DNA of 64,000 bases from an uncultured Clostridia bacterium (GTDB lineage Bacteria > Bacillota > Clostridia > Oscillospirales > CAG-272). Positions within the stretch are counted from its first letter, which is position 1. The number at the start of each line of letters is the position of its first letter. Of the stretch, positions 47,741 through 57,661 are shown in pieces. The position numbers and the translations under genes are program-made. The notes below the pieces were generated by a model. The model saw only the letters and a list, made by a program, of their open reading frames with translations. It was not told where the DNA came from and made no database searches. The DNA lies in the NCBI GenBank assembly GCA_944392615.1, contig CALXXF010000004.1, positions 5,429-69,428 of the forward strand, written 5' to 3'.

Positions 47741-48358
47741 ATGAAGAGGTTTCTTTTGCTTTTTTCAATCGGCATTTTTGTCATTCTTCTGATCTGCATG
47801 ATAGCACCAATAAGCGAGGCAAAGGGAATATATGAAGGTGTTGTCAGAATCCACATACTTGCTGAGTCTGACAGCGAGGAAGATCAGCAGCTGAAGCTGG
47901 CTGTCAGAGACGCCATACTTGAATATTCTTCGGCACAGATGAAGCAGCTGTCGTCTGTTGAACAGGCAAGGGAATATATCGAGAACAACATGGACAGTTT
48001 TGTCAGCACAGCTGAAGAGGTCATAAAGAAAAGCGGATACGATTATGATGTCACTGCGGAATTCTGCGTTGAATATTATCCCACACGTCAGTATCTCGAC
48101 GTCACGATGCCTGCAGGCGAATACCTGTCGCTTCGCATAAACATAGGAAGCGGACAGGGGAAGAACTGGTGGTGCATGGTATATCCGCCGTTGTGCACAA
48201 GCGCTGCAAAAGCCGAGGAAGAGCTCATACAGGCGGGGTTTTCATCTAATCAGATACGTCTCATAACGCAGGATGACGACGAGGAATATGAAATGAAGTT
48301 CAAATTCATAGAGAGCGCTCAACAGGCGGTTGAAAAAATAAAGGAGCTTTTTTCCTGA
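47741..48358 (+). CDS. spoIIR: Stage II sporulation protein R
   Basis: An N-terminal signal/TM segment is followed by VVRIHILAESDSEEDQQLKLAVRDAIL and NWWCMVYPPLC. GGAGG RBS. Confidence 0.85.
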   Translation: MKRFLLLFSIGIFVILLICMIAPISEAKGIYEGVVRIHILAESDSEEDQQLKLAVRDAILEYSSAQMKQLSSVEQAREYIENNMDSFVSTAEEVIKKSGYDYDVTAEFCVEYYPTRQYLDVTMPAGEYLSLRINIGSGQGKNWWCMVYPPLCTSAAKAEEELIQAGFSSNQIRLITQDDDEEYEMKFKFIESAQQAVEKIKELFS

Positions 48359-48387
48359 ACGTCTTTAAGATCGGGTGGGTGTGAATT

Positions 48388-48660
48388 ATGATAAAAGGCT
48401 GTCAGCGCAGGATCGTAATGGTGAAAAATCCCAAGAGCGCACTTTTTGAGGAAGCATACTTCATCCTCAGAGAGGAGTGTGCGTCGGAGGAACCGGACAA
48501 TGACGACATAGTCGGAGAGGCAGAAAAAATAATATCTGCATATGCAGAGAAGAAGACTCGCAAAAAGAGGAAGAGCTTTTCAGTTGCAGAGCTTTTGTTT
48601 TTTATATCCGGTACTCTTATATCGGGAATAGTCTATGCAATAATACAGTTTGTTGCCTGA
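48388..48660 (+). CDS. Small tail-anchored membrane protein, function unknown
   Basis: 90 aa, comprising a soluble N-terminal region, a KKTRKKRK patch, and a C-terminal TM helix (LLFFISGTLISGIVYAIIQFV). Confidence 0.5.
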   Translation: MIKGCQRRIVMVKNPKSALFEEAYFILREECASEEPDNDDIVGEAEKIISAYAEKKTRKKRKSFSVAELLFFISGTLISGIVYAIIQFVA

Positions 48661-48850
48661 CCTGTAATATATTAACAAATGCAACGATATATATTAATTC
48701 CATGTTCATATTGTCATGATAAAATTAATCGGTTTTGATTGATCGTTAAAAGGCGGCATCGTCTTGCAAGGGGCGTTTATTGCAGGATATACGATTCCGC
48801 TCATACATACGGCTTGTTTCGACGGGCTTTTATTTTCGTGTCCTTATTTC

Positions 48851-48891
48851 CCTGAGCGCGGGTGTTTTTTCCTGAGCACGGGCGCTTTTTT
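48851..48891 (+). repeat. Tandem repeat of about 20 bp upstream of rnj
   Basis: CCTGAGCGCGGGTGTTTTTT followed directly by CCTGAGCACGGGCGCTTTTTT. Confidence 0.5.
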
Positions 48892-49060
48892 GCGCCTTTG
48901 GCGTATCTTACACGCTGACTGCGGATGTTTATCACTACTGACAGGACACTTTTGCGTTTCGCCGGTCATTGCCGTCATAGACGGCTGCGGCACGCCTGGA
49001 ACAGCATTTTTCAATACAATCCTGAAAAAAGATTTTAAGACATTGTGAAAGGATCATTAA

Positions 49061-50737
49061 ATGGCAAAAAAGAAAAACAGCTCTAAAATAAAAGTGGCGT
49101 TCTTAGGAGGACTTGGCGAAATAGGTAAAAATCTTGCCGTTATAGAATACGAGGACGACATAGTAGTTATAGACTGCGGACTCGGCTTTCCGGACGAGGA
49201 TATGTTCGGCATAGACCTTGTCATACCTGATACAGAGTATCTTGAGAAAAACGCCGACAGAGTGCGCGGAATTTTTTTGACACACGGACATGAGGATCAC
49301 ATAGGAGCGCTTCCTTACGTGCTCAAGAATCTCAACGTGCCCGTTTACGGCACACGGCTTACAATAGGAATAATAGAGAACAAGCTAATGGAACACAAGC
49401 TGGATTTTGTTCCTCAGCTTCGCAGCGTAAGCGCAGGGGATATAATAGAAGCGGGCTCTCTTTCGGTTGAATTCATACGTGTCAATCACTCTATCGCTGA
49501 TTCGTGCGCCATAGCAGTCAAAACGCCTCTCGGTTATATAGTGCATTCAGGTGATTTCAAGCTTGACCTGACCCCTATCGAGGGCGATATAATGGATATA
49601 GCGCGGCTCGGTGAGCTCGGAAAAAAGGGCATCATATTGCTCTTGTGCGAATCGACAAATGCGGAACGTCCCGGATATACCCCTTCTGAAAAGACGGTCG
49701 GCAAGACGCTTGACAATATATTCTTAAGATACAGGAAAAAGAGAATAGTAATAGCGACATTTTCGTCAAACGTCCACAGGGTGCAGCAGATTATCGACAA
49801 CAGCATCGCCTATGGAAGGAAGGTCGCCCTTACCGGAAGGAGCATGCTCAATATAATCAACGCCGCCAATAATCTCGGATATATGAATATCCCGGCGGGT
49901 ACGCTGATAGATATATCTGAAATAAATAAATTCAAACCGGAGCAGGTCACGGTTGTCACGACAGGGAGTCAGGGAGAGCCCATGTCTGCTCTTTACAGGA
50001 TGGCATATTCCGAGCACGACAAGATAGTTCTCGGAAACGACGACCTGGTTGTGCTTTCCGCAAACGCCATCCCCGGAAATGAAAAGTTTGTCAACAAAAT
50101 AGTCAACGAGCTAACAAAGCACGGGGTAGAGGTTTTCAGGGATCCCGCCTTCGGCGTACATGTATCCGGTCACGCCTGCGCCGAGGAACTCAAGCTCATG
50201 CATGCGCTTACCAAGCCAAAATATTTCATGCCGATACACGGTGAATACAAGCACCTTGCGGCACACCGGGACCTCGCAAAGTCTATGGGACAGAGCTCAA
50301 ACAATATTTTCCTCGGTGAAACCGGAATGGTACTTGAAATAGATTCCAAAAAGGCGGCGTGGAACGGGACAATTCCGTCAGGGATACTTCTCGTGGACGG
50401 TTACGGCGTTGGAGATGTTGGAAACATAGTACTGAGAGACAGGCGCCACCTTGCTGAGGACGGTATAATAATTGTTACAGCCGCAGTTGCCATAGAGGAA
50501 GGGCTTATCCTTAACGGCCCTGAAATAGTATCGCGCGGATTCGTGTATATGCGGGAGAATGAAGAGCTTATAGCCAAGCTGCGCGAAATTGCGGCTGAGG
50601 GCATAAACAAAGCTCTTGACAAACATGTTACAGAATGGGCGCAGATAAAAAAGGCCGTCAGCGACGGCATGTCAAAATATATATATCAGGTTACCAAAAG
50701 AAGGCCTATGATACTTCCGATAATACTTGATGCCTGA
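49061..50737 (+). CDS. rnj: Ribonuclease J
   Basis: MBL motif THGHEDHIGALPY, a beta-CASP region, and a C-terminal domain. 558 aa. Confidence 0.9.
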   Translation: MAKKKNSSKIKVAFLGGLGEIGKNLAVIEYEDDIVVIDCGLGFPDEDMFGIDLVIPDTEYLEKNADRVRGIFLTHGHEDHIGALPYVLKNLNVPVYGTRLTIGIIENKLMEHKLDFVPQLRSVSAGDIIEAGSLSVEFIRVNHSIADSCAIAVKTPLGYIVHSGDFKLDLTPIEGDIMDIARLGELGKKGIILLLCESTNAERPGYTPSEKTVGKTLDNIFLRYRKKRIVIATFSSNVHRVQQIIDNSIAYGRKVALTGRSMLNIINAANNLGYMNIPAGTLIDISEINKFKPEQVTVVTTGSQGEPMSALYRMAYSEHDKIVLGNDDLVVLSANAIPGNEKFVNKIVNELTKHGVEVFRDPAFGVHVSGHACAEELKLMHALTKPKYFMPIHGEYKHLAAHRDLAKSMGQSSNNIFLGETGMVLEIDSKKAAWNGTIPSGILLVDGYGVGDVGNIVLRDRRHLAEDGIIIVTAAVAIEEGLILNGPEIVSRGFVYMRENEELIAKLREIAAEGINKALDKHVTEWAQIKKAVSDGMSKYIYQVTKRRPMILPIILDA

Positions 50738-50811
50738 AATATCTGCCGCAACGCCATGCTGAATTATCTGTCGCGGTACCATGCTGAAATGTCGGCCGCG
50801 ACGCCATGCTT
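50738..50811 (+). repeat. Three tandem repeats of about 24-25 bp in the rnj 3' UTR
   Basis: AATATCTGCCGCAACGCCATGCTG, AATTATCTGTCGCGGTACCATGCTG and AAATGTCGGCCGCGACGCCATGCTT start immediately after the stop codon. Confidence 0.55.
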
Positions 50812-50847
50812 CCGCCCATAATACGCAGATGTTCAGTCGACAAAATC

Positions 50848-50888
50848 AAAGCTGCCCGACGTCTTTTATCGTGCCGGGCAGCTTTTTT
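50848..50888. terminator. Bidirectional terminator between rnj and the symporter gene
   Basis: AGCTGCCCG (50850-50858)/CGGGCAGCT (50875-50883), with a T6 run on the plus strand and a T-rich tract on the minus strand. Confidence 0.8.
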
Positions 50889-51013
50889 ATCGTTTTTTAT
50901 AAGATTATGGCAGGCAGTTTTTTTACGGTCTTTTTATGAATGTCGGCAGCCGCCTGTCCGGTTCGCTTTACATGCGTGGGGAATATTTGAGCTGGACGCT
51001 TGTGACGTATCAT

Positions 51014-52546
51014 TCAGTCGAGATGTTCCTTTGCTGTAGTGGTCACTTTGCGTTCATATGAAGCAAAGGCGGCGTCTACCTCGTTTTTGTCCGGAGCTTT
51101 TGTAAAGGCGCTTACGACAGGCACTATCAAAAATCCCAGGAGCATTACGGCGGCGCCGCAATTTATAGGAGACTGCAGCCAGACGGGAAACATGTCCTTG
51201 AAAGCCATGTTCGCGAGCATGACAACCGTTGCAAATATGAAGCATACCCATACAGACACCTTGCTGGTACGCTTCCAGTAGAGTCCGTAGAAGAAGGGGG
51301 CAAGAAAAGAGCCTGCAAGGGCACCCCATGAAAGGCCCATCAGTTGAGCTATGTATTTTACCGCTTCGCTGGTGCTGGTGTGCTGAAATATGGCTATTGC
51401 GGCGGATATAGTGACGAAGATTACGAGAAGCACGCGCATTGTCAGCAGCTGACTTTTTTTGCTCATGTTTTTTACCACATGACCGTTGATAAGGTCAAGG
51501 GTGAGAGTGGAGCTTGAAGTGAGAACAAGAGATGACAGCGTGGACATTGAAGCCGAGAGAACGAGTATGACTACTATTCCTATGAGTATGTCGGGAAATT
51601 TTTCAAGCATTGTGGGAATTATGGCGTCGTATCCGGACGTATTTACATCCACGTCGTACAGTCTGCCGAATCCTCCCAGAAAGTAGCATCCGCCTGAGAC
51701 GATAAGAGCAAAAAATGTCGATATAATGGTGCCTTTTGTTATGGCATGTTCATCCTTTATGGCATAGAATTTGCCCACCATCTGTGGAAGTCCCCATGTT
51801 CCCAGCGATGTCAGTATTATGACGAAAAGCAGCCCGAGAGGATCAGGACCGAAGAAGGATGCAAACGCCCCCGGATTTGTTCCATCCTCGCTGATACCGG
51901 AGAGACTTGCTATAGCTTCTGTAAAGCCGCCGTTTCCGTTCAGAACGGCGGCAATGACAGCTACAATGCCGAACAGCATGATTATGCCCTGTATGAAATC
52001 ATTGACCGCGGTGGCCATGTAACCGCCTATTACGACATATATGCAGGTCAGCACCGACATTGCTACTATGCATATAGTGTAATCTATTCCGAACGCCATA
52101 CTGAACAGTCTTGAAAGTCCGTTGTAGAGGGATGCGGTATACGGAACAAGAAATACGAATACTATTACCGATGCGGCAATCTTAAGCCCTTTGCTGTCGA
52201 ATCTGTGCCCGAAAAACTGGGGCATCGTCGAGCTGTCGTAGTGCTGGGTCATAAGACGGGTGCGCCTTCCGAGCACCACCCAGGCGAGAAGCGAACCGAT
52301 GAGGGCATTCCCTATGCCTATCCATGTGGAGGCTATACCGAATTTCCAGCCGAATTGTCCGGCGTAGCCGATGAATATAACTGCGGAAAAGTAAGACGTG
52401 CCGTAGGCAAAGGCAGTGAGCCAGGGACCAACGGAACGACCGCCCAGGACAAAGCTGTTGACGTCGGAAGCATGCTTGCGGCAGAGTACGCCCACCGAAA
52501 TCATAATGCCGAAGAAAACAACCAGCATAATAACCTTTATCACCAT
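51014..52546 (-). CDS. Sodium:solute symporter family (SSF) transporter, predicted tyrosine/aromatic amino-acid uptake from its T-box
   Basis: 510 aa and polytopic, with SSF-like composition. The ATG at 52546 follows AGAGGTG. The longer track ORF runs into the leader terminator. Confidence 0.85.
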   Translation of the reverse strand: MVIKVIMLVVFFGIMISVGVLCRKHASDVNSFVLGGRSVGPWLTAFAYGTSYFSAVIFIGYAGQFGWKFGIASTWIGIGNALIGSLLAWVVLGRRTRLMTQHYDSSTMPQFFGHRFDSKGLKIAASVIVFVFLVPYTASLYNGLSRLFSMAFGIDYTICIVAMSVLTCIYVVIGGYMATAVNDFIQGIIMLFGIVAVIAAVLNGNGGFTEAIASLSGISEDGTNPGAFASFFGPDPLGLLFVIILTSLGTWGLPQMVGKFYAIKDEHAITKGTIISTFFALIVSGGCYFLGGFGRLYDVDVNTSGYDAIIPTMLEKFPDILIGIVVILVLSASMSTLSSLVLTSSSTLTLDLINGHVVKNMSKKSQLLTMRVLLVIFVTISAAIAIFQHTSTSEAVKYIAQLMGLSWGALAGSFLAPFFYGLYWKRTSKVSVWVCFIFATVVMLANMAFKDMFPVWLQSPINCGAAVMLLGFLIVPVVSAFTKAPDKNEVDAAFASYERKVTTTAKEHLD

Positions 52547-52592
52547 GTCTGTAACACCTCTTTTCTTTTTACAGAGGAGCGCAAGACAGGTG

Positions 52593-52890
52593 AAAAAAAC
52601 GTCCTCTGTTTTCAAAACAGAGGACGAAATAATATTCCGTGTTACCACCTCATTTTGCCATTGCCTCACGACTAATGGCCTCACCGAGTACGTTATCATA
52701 CTCTAACGCTTTAACGGGCGTACCCGTCTGCTCCTACACGGACGCCGACAGCTCACAGAATGTGCGTCACGTCTTTCAGAGTGCCGCTGGCGGAATGTAT
52801 TCGCCTGTTTCACACCTGCCGTCTTACACCAGCCGACGGCTCTCTGCAAGGTTGTGATGAGGCTACTTGTTTCCGTTCATCGCGTTTATG
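52593..52890 (-). promoter_or_regulatory. T-box leader with a UAC (Tyr) specifier
   Basis: On the minus strand: GCGAUGA K-turn, CGGAA helix, AGUA, AGAGAG bulge, a distal hairpin CCGUC...GACGG, and the specifier GAA-UAC-A abutting UUCCG (UAC at 52797-52799). The T-box sequence AATGAGGTGGTAACACGG is near 52641-52658. The terminator CGTCCTCTGTTTT/AAAACAGAGGACG plus a T7 run is at 52593-52626. Confidence 0.8.
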
Positions 52891-52896
52891 GTAGGG

Positions 52897-52925
52897 ATTA
52901 TATCATTCTGAACGGCATTTGTCAA
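52897..52925 (-). promoter_or_regulatory. Consensus sigma-A promoter of the Tyr T-box leader
   Basis: On the minus strand, TTGACA (52920-52925), a 17-bp spacer, then TATAAT (52897-52902). Confidence 0.75.
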
Positions 52926-52989
52926 GATGCTTAATGAAAAAAAGTGAATATCTGCAAAAAATGTGAATTAAAAGTGCGCCGAGGCGATT

Positions 52990-53853
52990 TCAGCCCATGC
53001 CTCCGGTGACTGACGGTATGTTTATTTCCGCAAGGCACTCTGTCACTGCGTCTTTAAGTATTATTTCGCCGGCGGAATCCGCGTTTATTCTCCCTGAAGC
53101 GGGATTTTTGACCGAATCTATATGTCCGCGTATATCGGCTTCCACATCCGAATATTCAAAGGCAAAATCACACCCCTGCATTGTACAGTTTATAAGCCTG
53201 AGATTTTTGCAGTAGCAAAGCGGCTGGGTTCCTGAGATCCTGCAATTTATAAGTGTGAGACCGTCTGAATACCAGCCGAGATATTCTCCCTTGAGCACAG
53301 AGTTTTTCACCGTGACGTTTTCTGAGTGCCAGAAGGCATCTTTAGTGTCAAAATAGCTGTCGTCAACGCACATTCCTTCAACATACTGGAAAGAGTATTT
53401 ACCACTCATGCGCAGACGGCTTATGTCAATGTTTTTGCTTTCAAACATAAAGTATTCGGATTCTATCACACTTGAGGTTATCCGTATATCCGAGCATCTC
53501 CAACCGAACTCAGGCGAGCGGACAGAGCACCTGTCAATTTCTATGTTTTTGCATTCTCGCAGTGTTTTTATCCCGTCTATTGTGCATCCAGAGAGCTTTC
53601 CGTCAGAAGCATACCATATGGGCGCTCTCGTCTTGGAGTCAAGGTAACTGTCGCTGAGTGAAAAACGCTGAGCGTGCCAGAGCGGGTACCTCAAAGCGAA
53701 GGAGCATCCGGAAATATTTACATCCCGGCATTCCTTGAGCACCGATTCGCCGTCCGCAGGACCTCCGAATATGCAATCTGTAACGTCTGCGCCTGTGAGA
53801 TTGTACAGCGAGCGCTCCGCATCAAATGTCATGTTTTTAATTTCTTTTCTCAT
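52990..53853 (-). CDS. DUF3737-like right-handed beta-helix protein, function unknown
   Basis: 287 aa with a repetitive pattern of beta-helix turns (DCIFGG..., NISGCSF, IDRCSV, INCRISG, INCTMQGCDF). Confidence 0.65.
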   Translation of the reverse strand: MRKEIKNMTFDAERSLYNLTGADVTDCIFGGPADGESVLKECRDVNISGCSFALRYPLWHAQRFSLSDSYLDSKTRAPIWYASDGKLSGCTIDGIKTLRECKNIEIDRCSVRSPEFGWRCSDIRITSSVIESEYFMFESKNIDISRLRMSGKYSFQYVEGMCVDDSYFDTKDAFWHSENVTVKNSVLKGEYLGWYSDGLTLINCRISGTQPLCYCKNLRLINCTMQGCDFAFEYSDVEADIRGHIDSVKNPASGRINADSAGEIILKDAVTECLAEINIPSVTGGMG

Positions 53854-54060
53854 ATATGTACACCCCGAAATGTCTTAAATGCCAGATACTGTTTCGGCGA
53901 TCCTTGACAGCGTCAGGCTTTGCAAATAAATATTCACATGTATAGTTTACTATTTTATTTCTTCTATGTCAATACATGACAATATATAATATATCACCAT
54001 ATTGTCGGGTATGACAGGATGCTTTGACAATACGCGCGCCTGAAAAATCAGATGAAAAGG

Positions 54061-54106
54061 AAAAACGCGGCTCTTTTCTTAATATAAAGAGCCGCGTACC
54101 GTTTTT
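54061..54106. terminator. Bidirectional terminator downstream of spoVT
   Basis: ACGCGGCTCTTT/AAAGAGCCGCGT forms a 12-bp stem flanked by an A5 run upstream and GTTTTT downstream. Confidence 0.8.
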
Positions 54107-54198
54107 CAACGGATTTTGTAACGATTGAGTCAGGCATTTCCGATAGTGGAAAGATATGCGGTATGAGTGTTAAGCTGTTGTTTTTGGTGGCGTTGACG

Positions 54199-54738
54199 TC
54201 AGCTTTCAAGCTGCTTTCCGAGGAAATTGGCTGCAGTGCGTACCAGTTTTATCTCTGTCTCGTCGGGGACCCCGTTGCCTTCGGAGCAGAGCGATGCAAC
54301 GCATCCTATGACGTCGCCCTCTGTTATTATAGGCATCATGCAGCGCACCTGCCAGTCTTCGCTTTCGGTTATCCTCAGGGGCTCTGCTGAATCGGAAGCT
54401 GTGTAAAGCGCGCGTTTTTCAACCAGCTCCTCTGCGCGATATGATATGCGTTTGTCGGCAAAATCGCGTTTCGGAAGACCGGCGCATGCTATAACTGCGT
54501 CGCGGTCGCATATTACCACCGACAACTCGCATGTCTTATGGAGGGTCTCCGCGTACTGAGCGGCGAACGAGGTGAGCTCGCCTATGGGCGAATATTTTTT
54601 GAATATGACCTCGCCTTCATGGTCGGTATATATCTCAAGCGGGTCGCCTTCACGTATCCGCATTGTTCTTCTGATTTCTTTTGGAATTACGACCCGTCCC
54701 AGGTCGTCTATTCTTCTTACTATTCCTGTGGCCTTCAT
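54199..54738 (-). CDS. spoVT: Stage V sporulation protein T (AbrB-type N-terminal domain + GAF-like C-terminal domain)
   Basis: MKATGIVRRIDDLGRVVIPKEIRRTMRIREGDPLEI is the SpoVT/AbrB swapped-hairpin motif. 179 aa. AAGGAG RBS. Confidence 0.9.
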   Translation of the reverse strand: MKATGIVRRIDDLGRVVIPKEIRRTMRIREGDPLEIYTDHEGEVIFKKYSPIGELTSFAAQYAETLHKTCELSVVICDRDAVIACAGLPKRDFADKRISYRAEELVEKRALYTASDSAEPLRITESEDWQVRCMMPIITEGDVIGCVASLCSEGNGVPDETEIKLVRTAANFLGKQLES

Positions 54739-54925
54739 TGAAGTAACTCCTTTTATAAACTGTTTTTGCCTGCAAAGATATTGTCTGCAAATTTCTCCGG
54801 ATTATTCAGATTTTACATCGCAAAAGTTAAAACAAAACAGCCTGTGCAGAAATTGCACAGGCGTGAAATAAATCGTATATCCGGTAAAGATGAATATCCT
54901 GTATGGCTTTTCGCCCGACTTAAGG

Positions 54926-55285
54926 TCATATGATCCTGGCTCCGAAGGGAAACAGCGCGAGTTTTATGAAATGAAAATATTTGATACCAAACGGAATGCC
55001 TATTATGGTCATGCACAGCGCTGCTCCAATTACAAGTGAATATACGGCAAGAGGAATGCCGATGAATATTATCCACAGCACATTCAGAAGAAAGCGGACT
55101 GCCCCCATGTTCAAAACTATTTTTCTTCCGAACGGAAAGAGCATGTATTGGGCTATCTTAAAAAACTGTATTCCAATCGGGATGCCTATTATAGTGATGC
55201 AGAATAAAATTCCGACAGCCGCCCACAGGACAGCCGTCATGAGACCGCCGAAAATTATCCAGAGTATGTTGGCTATAAGTTTCAT
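54926..55285 (-). CDS. YccF-domain inner-membrane protein
   Basis: Duplicated motif NILWIIFGG...IGIPIGIQFFK and NVLWIIFIG...IGIPFGIKYF. GGAGG lies 5 nt before the ATG at 55285. Confidence 0.8.
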   Translation of the reverse strand: MKLIANILWIIFGGLMTAVLWAAVGILFCITIIGIPIGIQFFKIAQYMLFPFGRKIVLNMGAVRFLLNVLWIIFIGIPLAVYSLVIGAALCMTIIGIPFGIKYFHFIKLALFPFGARII

Positions 55286-55375
55286 AAAGACCTCCGTCAT
55301 TTACATAGATAAAGTCAGGAATTGAGCGCTTTTCACGGATGCTGTGTACCTGTGAAAGCTGAAAGGGCAGTTCCT

Positions 55376-56494
55376 TCAGCCAAGTTTTACATAATTTCCA
55401 TGCGTATATGGGAAATCAAGCCTTACTGTACCTTCGTATCCTGCGACGATGTGCTCCTTTACGCATTCCATTGAGAGAAGACGGCGGTTTACCGTTCTGT
55501 TTCTGTTGCCTTCAAAGCCGTAGTCGGGCGTTGGCCAAAGAGCAGTTGAAGGAGATATGAGCTCATATGTCTCCGATGTCGCTCCGTTGAATCCGTGATG
55601 CGACACCTGTACTATGTCTGCGGAAAGGTCCTTTCCATACATGGCTTCGAGCTTTCTGCACGAGTCGGTCTGTATATCTCCGAGAAATATTATGCGCTGG
55701 TCGCCTATGCTCACGGAGAGCACGGTGGAAGTGTCGTTGAATGAGCCTATACGTTCCGGGTAAATGTCCTCGTGGGTGAAAAGCACTTCAAAGCGTACTC
55801 CGGGCAGGGAAAAAGAGTCTCCGGTGTGCAGGATATGACGCGGTACGAAAGGAAGATACAGGTCAATGTCATAGAAGAACTCACGTATCGACGAATTGTC
55901 TGAGCTCTTCCACGAGGCCGCTTCGGGAAGACTGAGCGACGGGAAATTATAGTATAACCCGTCTATGTCAATATCATGTGAGTGAGCGGAAATAAAATCA
56001 AGAAAACATCCGAAATGATCCTGATGGGCATGGCTGAAGAACCAGCCGGCAATATGCACCCTTCCGCCGTACGAAACGCTTTTCATCAGGTCAAAGAGCC
56101 TTTCGCCCTGCAGGTGTGTAAAATACCCGCCGTCTATCATGAATATGCTCCCGTCACGCAGTCTGATGAGATACGACATGCCGCAGTCTATCCGGCTGTT
56201 GTCGAGGTCTATCTGGAACAGCGAAACGGGGGTCCCCTGACCCTGAAGCGAATATTCTTCACAGGGAAGCTGCCGGCGTAAATTCAGTGGTTCTGTCACA
56301 GTTACTATGCGCCTGCGTCCTTCAGAATAATACATATGTATGAATTTGTCATTCAGTACGGCGTCAGTGAAATAATTTGAAGCTGCGCCTGAAACTACAG
56401 CTTTTGAAAGCAGTATGTCTGCATTTTCAGCTGCAAGTCTTTCTGTCATTTTTTCATAATCCCGCATGCCGGCGGGACACATAATCTCTGTCAC
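55376..56494 (-). CDS. MBL-fold metallo-hydrolase (ComEC-type beta-lactamase-like domain), cytoplasmic
   Basis: SHAHQDHFG and VSHHGFNG motifs. The GTG start at 56494 lies 8 nt after AAGGAG. Confidence 0.7.
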   Translation of the reverse strand: MTEIMCPAGMRDYEKMTERLAAENADILLSKAVVSGAASNYFTDAVLNDKFIHMYYSEGRRRIVTVTEPLNLRRQLPCEEYSLQGQGTPVSLFQIDLDNSRIDCGMSYLIRLRDGSIFMIDGGYFTHLQGERLFDLMKSVSYGGRVHIAGWFFSHAHQDHFGCFLDFISAHSHDIDIDGLYYNFPSLSLPEAASWKSSDNSSIREFFYDIDLYLPFVPRHILHTGDSFSLPGVRFEVLFTHEDIYPERIGSFNDTSTVLSVSIGDQRIIFLGDIQTDSCRKLEAMYGKDLSADIVQVSHHGFNGATSETYELISPSTALWPTPDYGFEGNRNRTVNRRLLSMECVKEHIVAGYEGTVRLDFPYTHGNYVKLG

Positions 56495-56576
56495 TTTTCC
56501 AGCTCCTTTGCCGTTTTATTCTGCAAATACCGATACAAAAGCGAAGAACCAAAAATCCAAACCGCATGCGGGGACA

Positions 56577-57425
56577 TCACTGCGGTTTCTGAGGAATATC
56601 GCCTGAAAAAGCCATGAGAGCAGCCCCTATGACCGTCCCGAACTGCGACATCGGCGGTATTATGAAATTGACGTCAAAAAGACGGTTCAGGGAAGAAAAT
56701 ATTTCCTTTGTCTGAGGTATTGAGGTCATATTTCCGGTCAGCACGATATCCCTTATCCCATATCTTCTGGCGGCAAATACCGATTGCATGCCGACAGTTT
56801 CAAATATCATATTGATAAGACCGAGAGTTATATCGCTTTTTGTGGCAAGGTCGCTTACCTTGCCGAAGTTAGCTGCGGTAAGCTCAGGAGAAAGTCCCGG
56901 ATGTACATCATTCTTTGTTATGTCGTTTACACGCAGGTCAACCTTGTTGAGGTCGCCGCTTGCTGCGGTTTCAACAATATTGTGTATGCTTCCGATTCCT
57001 GTGAGCAGCTTTGAAAGACCGACAAGAGTGCCTCCTCCTACGCCTGTACCTCCGAGATATTCGCTCTTCTCCCTGTCGGCATAGACTATGGCGGTACCCG
57101 TTCCCATCGACACGACGATTGCGCGTTCAAGTCCTGAAAGGTACAGCCCGCCCTTACCTATACAGGGAAATTCAACGAGCTGATGGCAGCTTATCTTATA
57201 TATCGGGGAAGTGATAAAGGATGAGCCGACTCCGGTCACCATAATGCGGTCGATGTCCGAAAGGTCGAGGCTGTTTTCAGAGGTGAATCTCCCGAATGCC
57301 CCGTATGCGGATGTCAACTGATCGTGTGCGCGCACGAATATTGGTTCAATAAGCTTTTTGTTTTCGTCGAAACCCACTATCTTCGTAGTGGAGCCTCCGA
57401 CATCTATTCCGATGACAACTTTCAT
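56577..57425 (-). CDS. coaW: Type II pantothenate kinase
   Basis: Collinear by eye with staphylococcal type II PanK: GIDVGGSTTKIV, MGTGT, GGTGVGGGT, DLTAANFG. GGAGG RBS. Confidence 0.75.
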   Translation of the reverse strand: MKVVIGIDVGGSTTKIVGFDENKKLIEPIFVRAHDQLTSAYGAFGRFTSENSLDLSDIDRIMVTGVGSSFITSPIYKISCHQLVEFPCIGKGGLYLSGLERAIVVSMGTGTAIVYADREKSEYLGGTGVGGGTLVGLSKLLTGIGSIHNIVETAASGDLNKVDLRVNDITKNDVHPGLSPELTAANFGKVSDLATKSDITLGLINMIFETVGMQSVFAARRYGIRDIVLTGNMTSIPQTKEIFSSLNRLFDVNFIIPPMSQFGTVIGAALMAFSGDIPQKPQ

Positions 57426-57661
57426 AGTCTACCTCCGATAATACAGGTACATACTACCACAAACATGCCGTAAAAGCAATAGATTTAATCGTTTGTTCAA
57501 AAATAAAAGACCGTAAGGCAGACTGTACAGATAAAATACAAAAAACATGTTGACACATCGTGCAAAATAGTATAAAATAATGAGGGGAAGCTGACAGGTG
57601 TCGGAGCATATCAGGGGTATGCGCCTTCTCACTAATGTTTTACGATTGGATGTGTTTTGTT

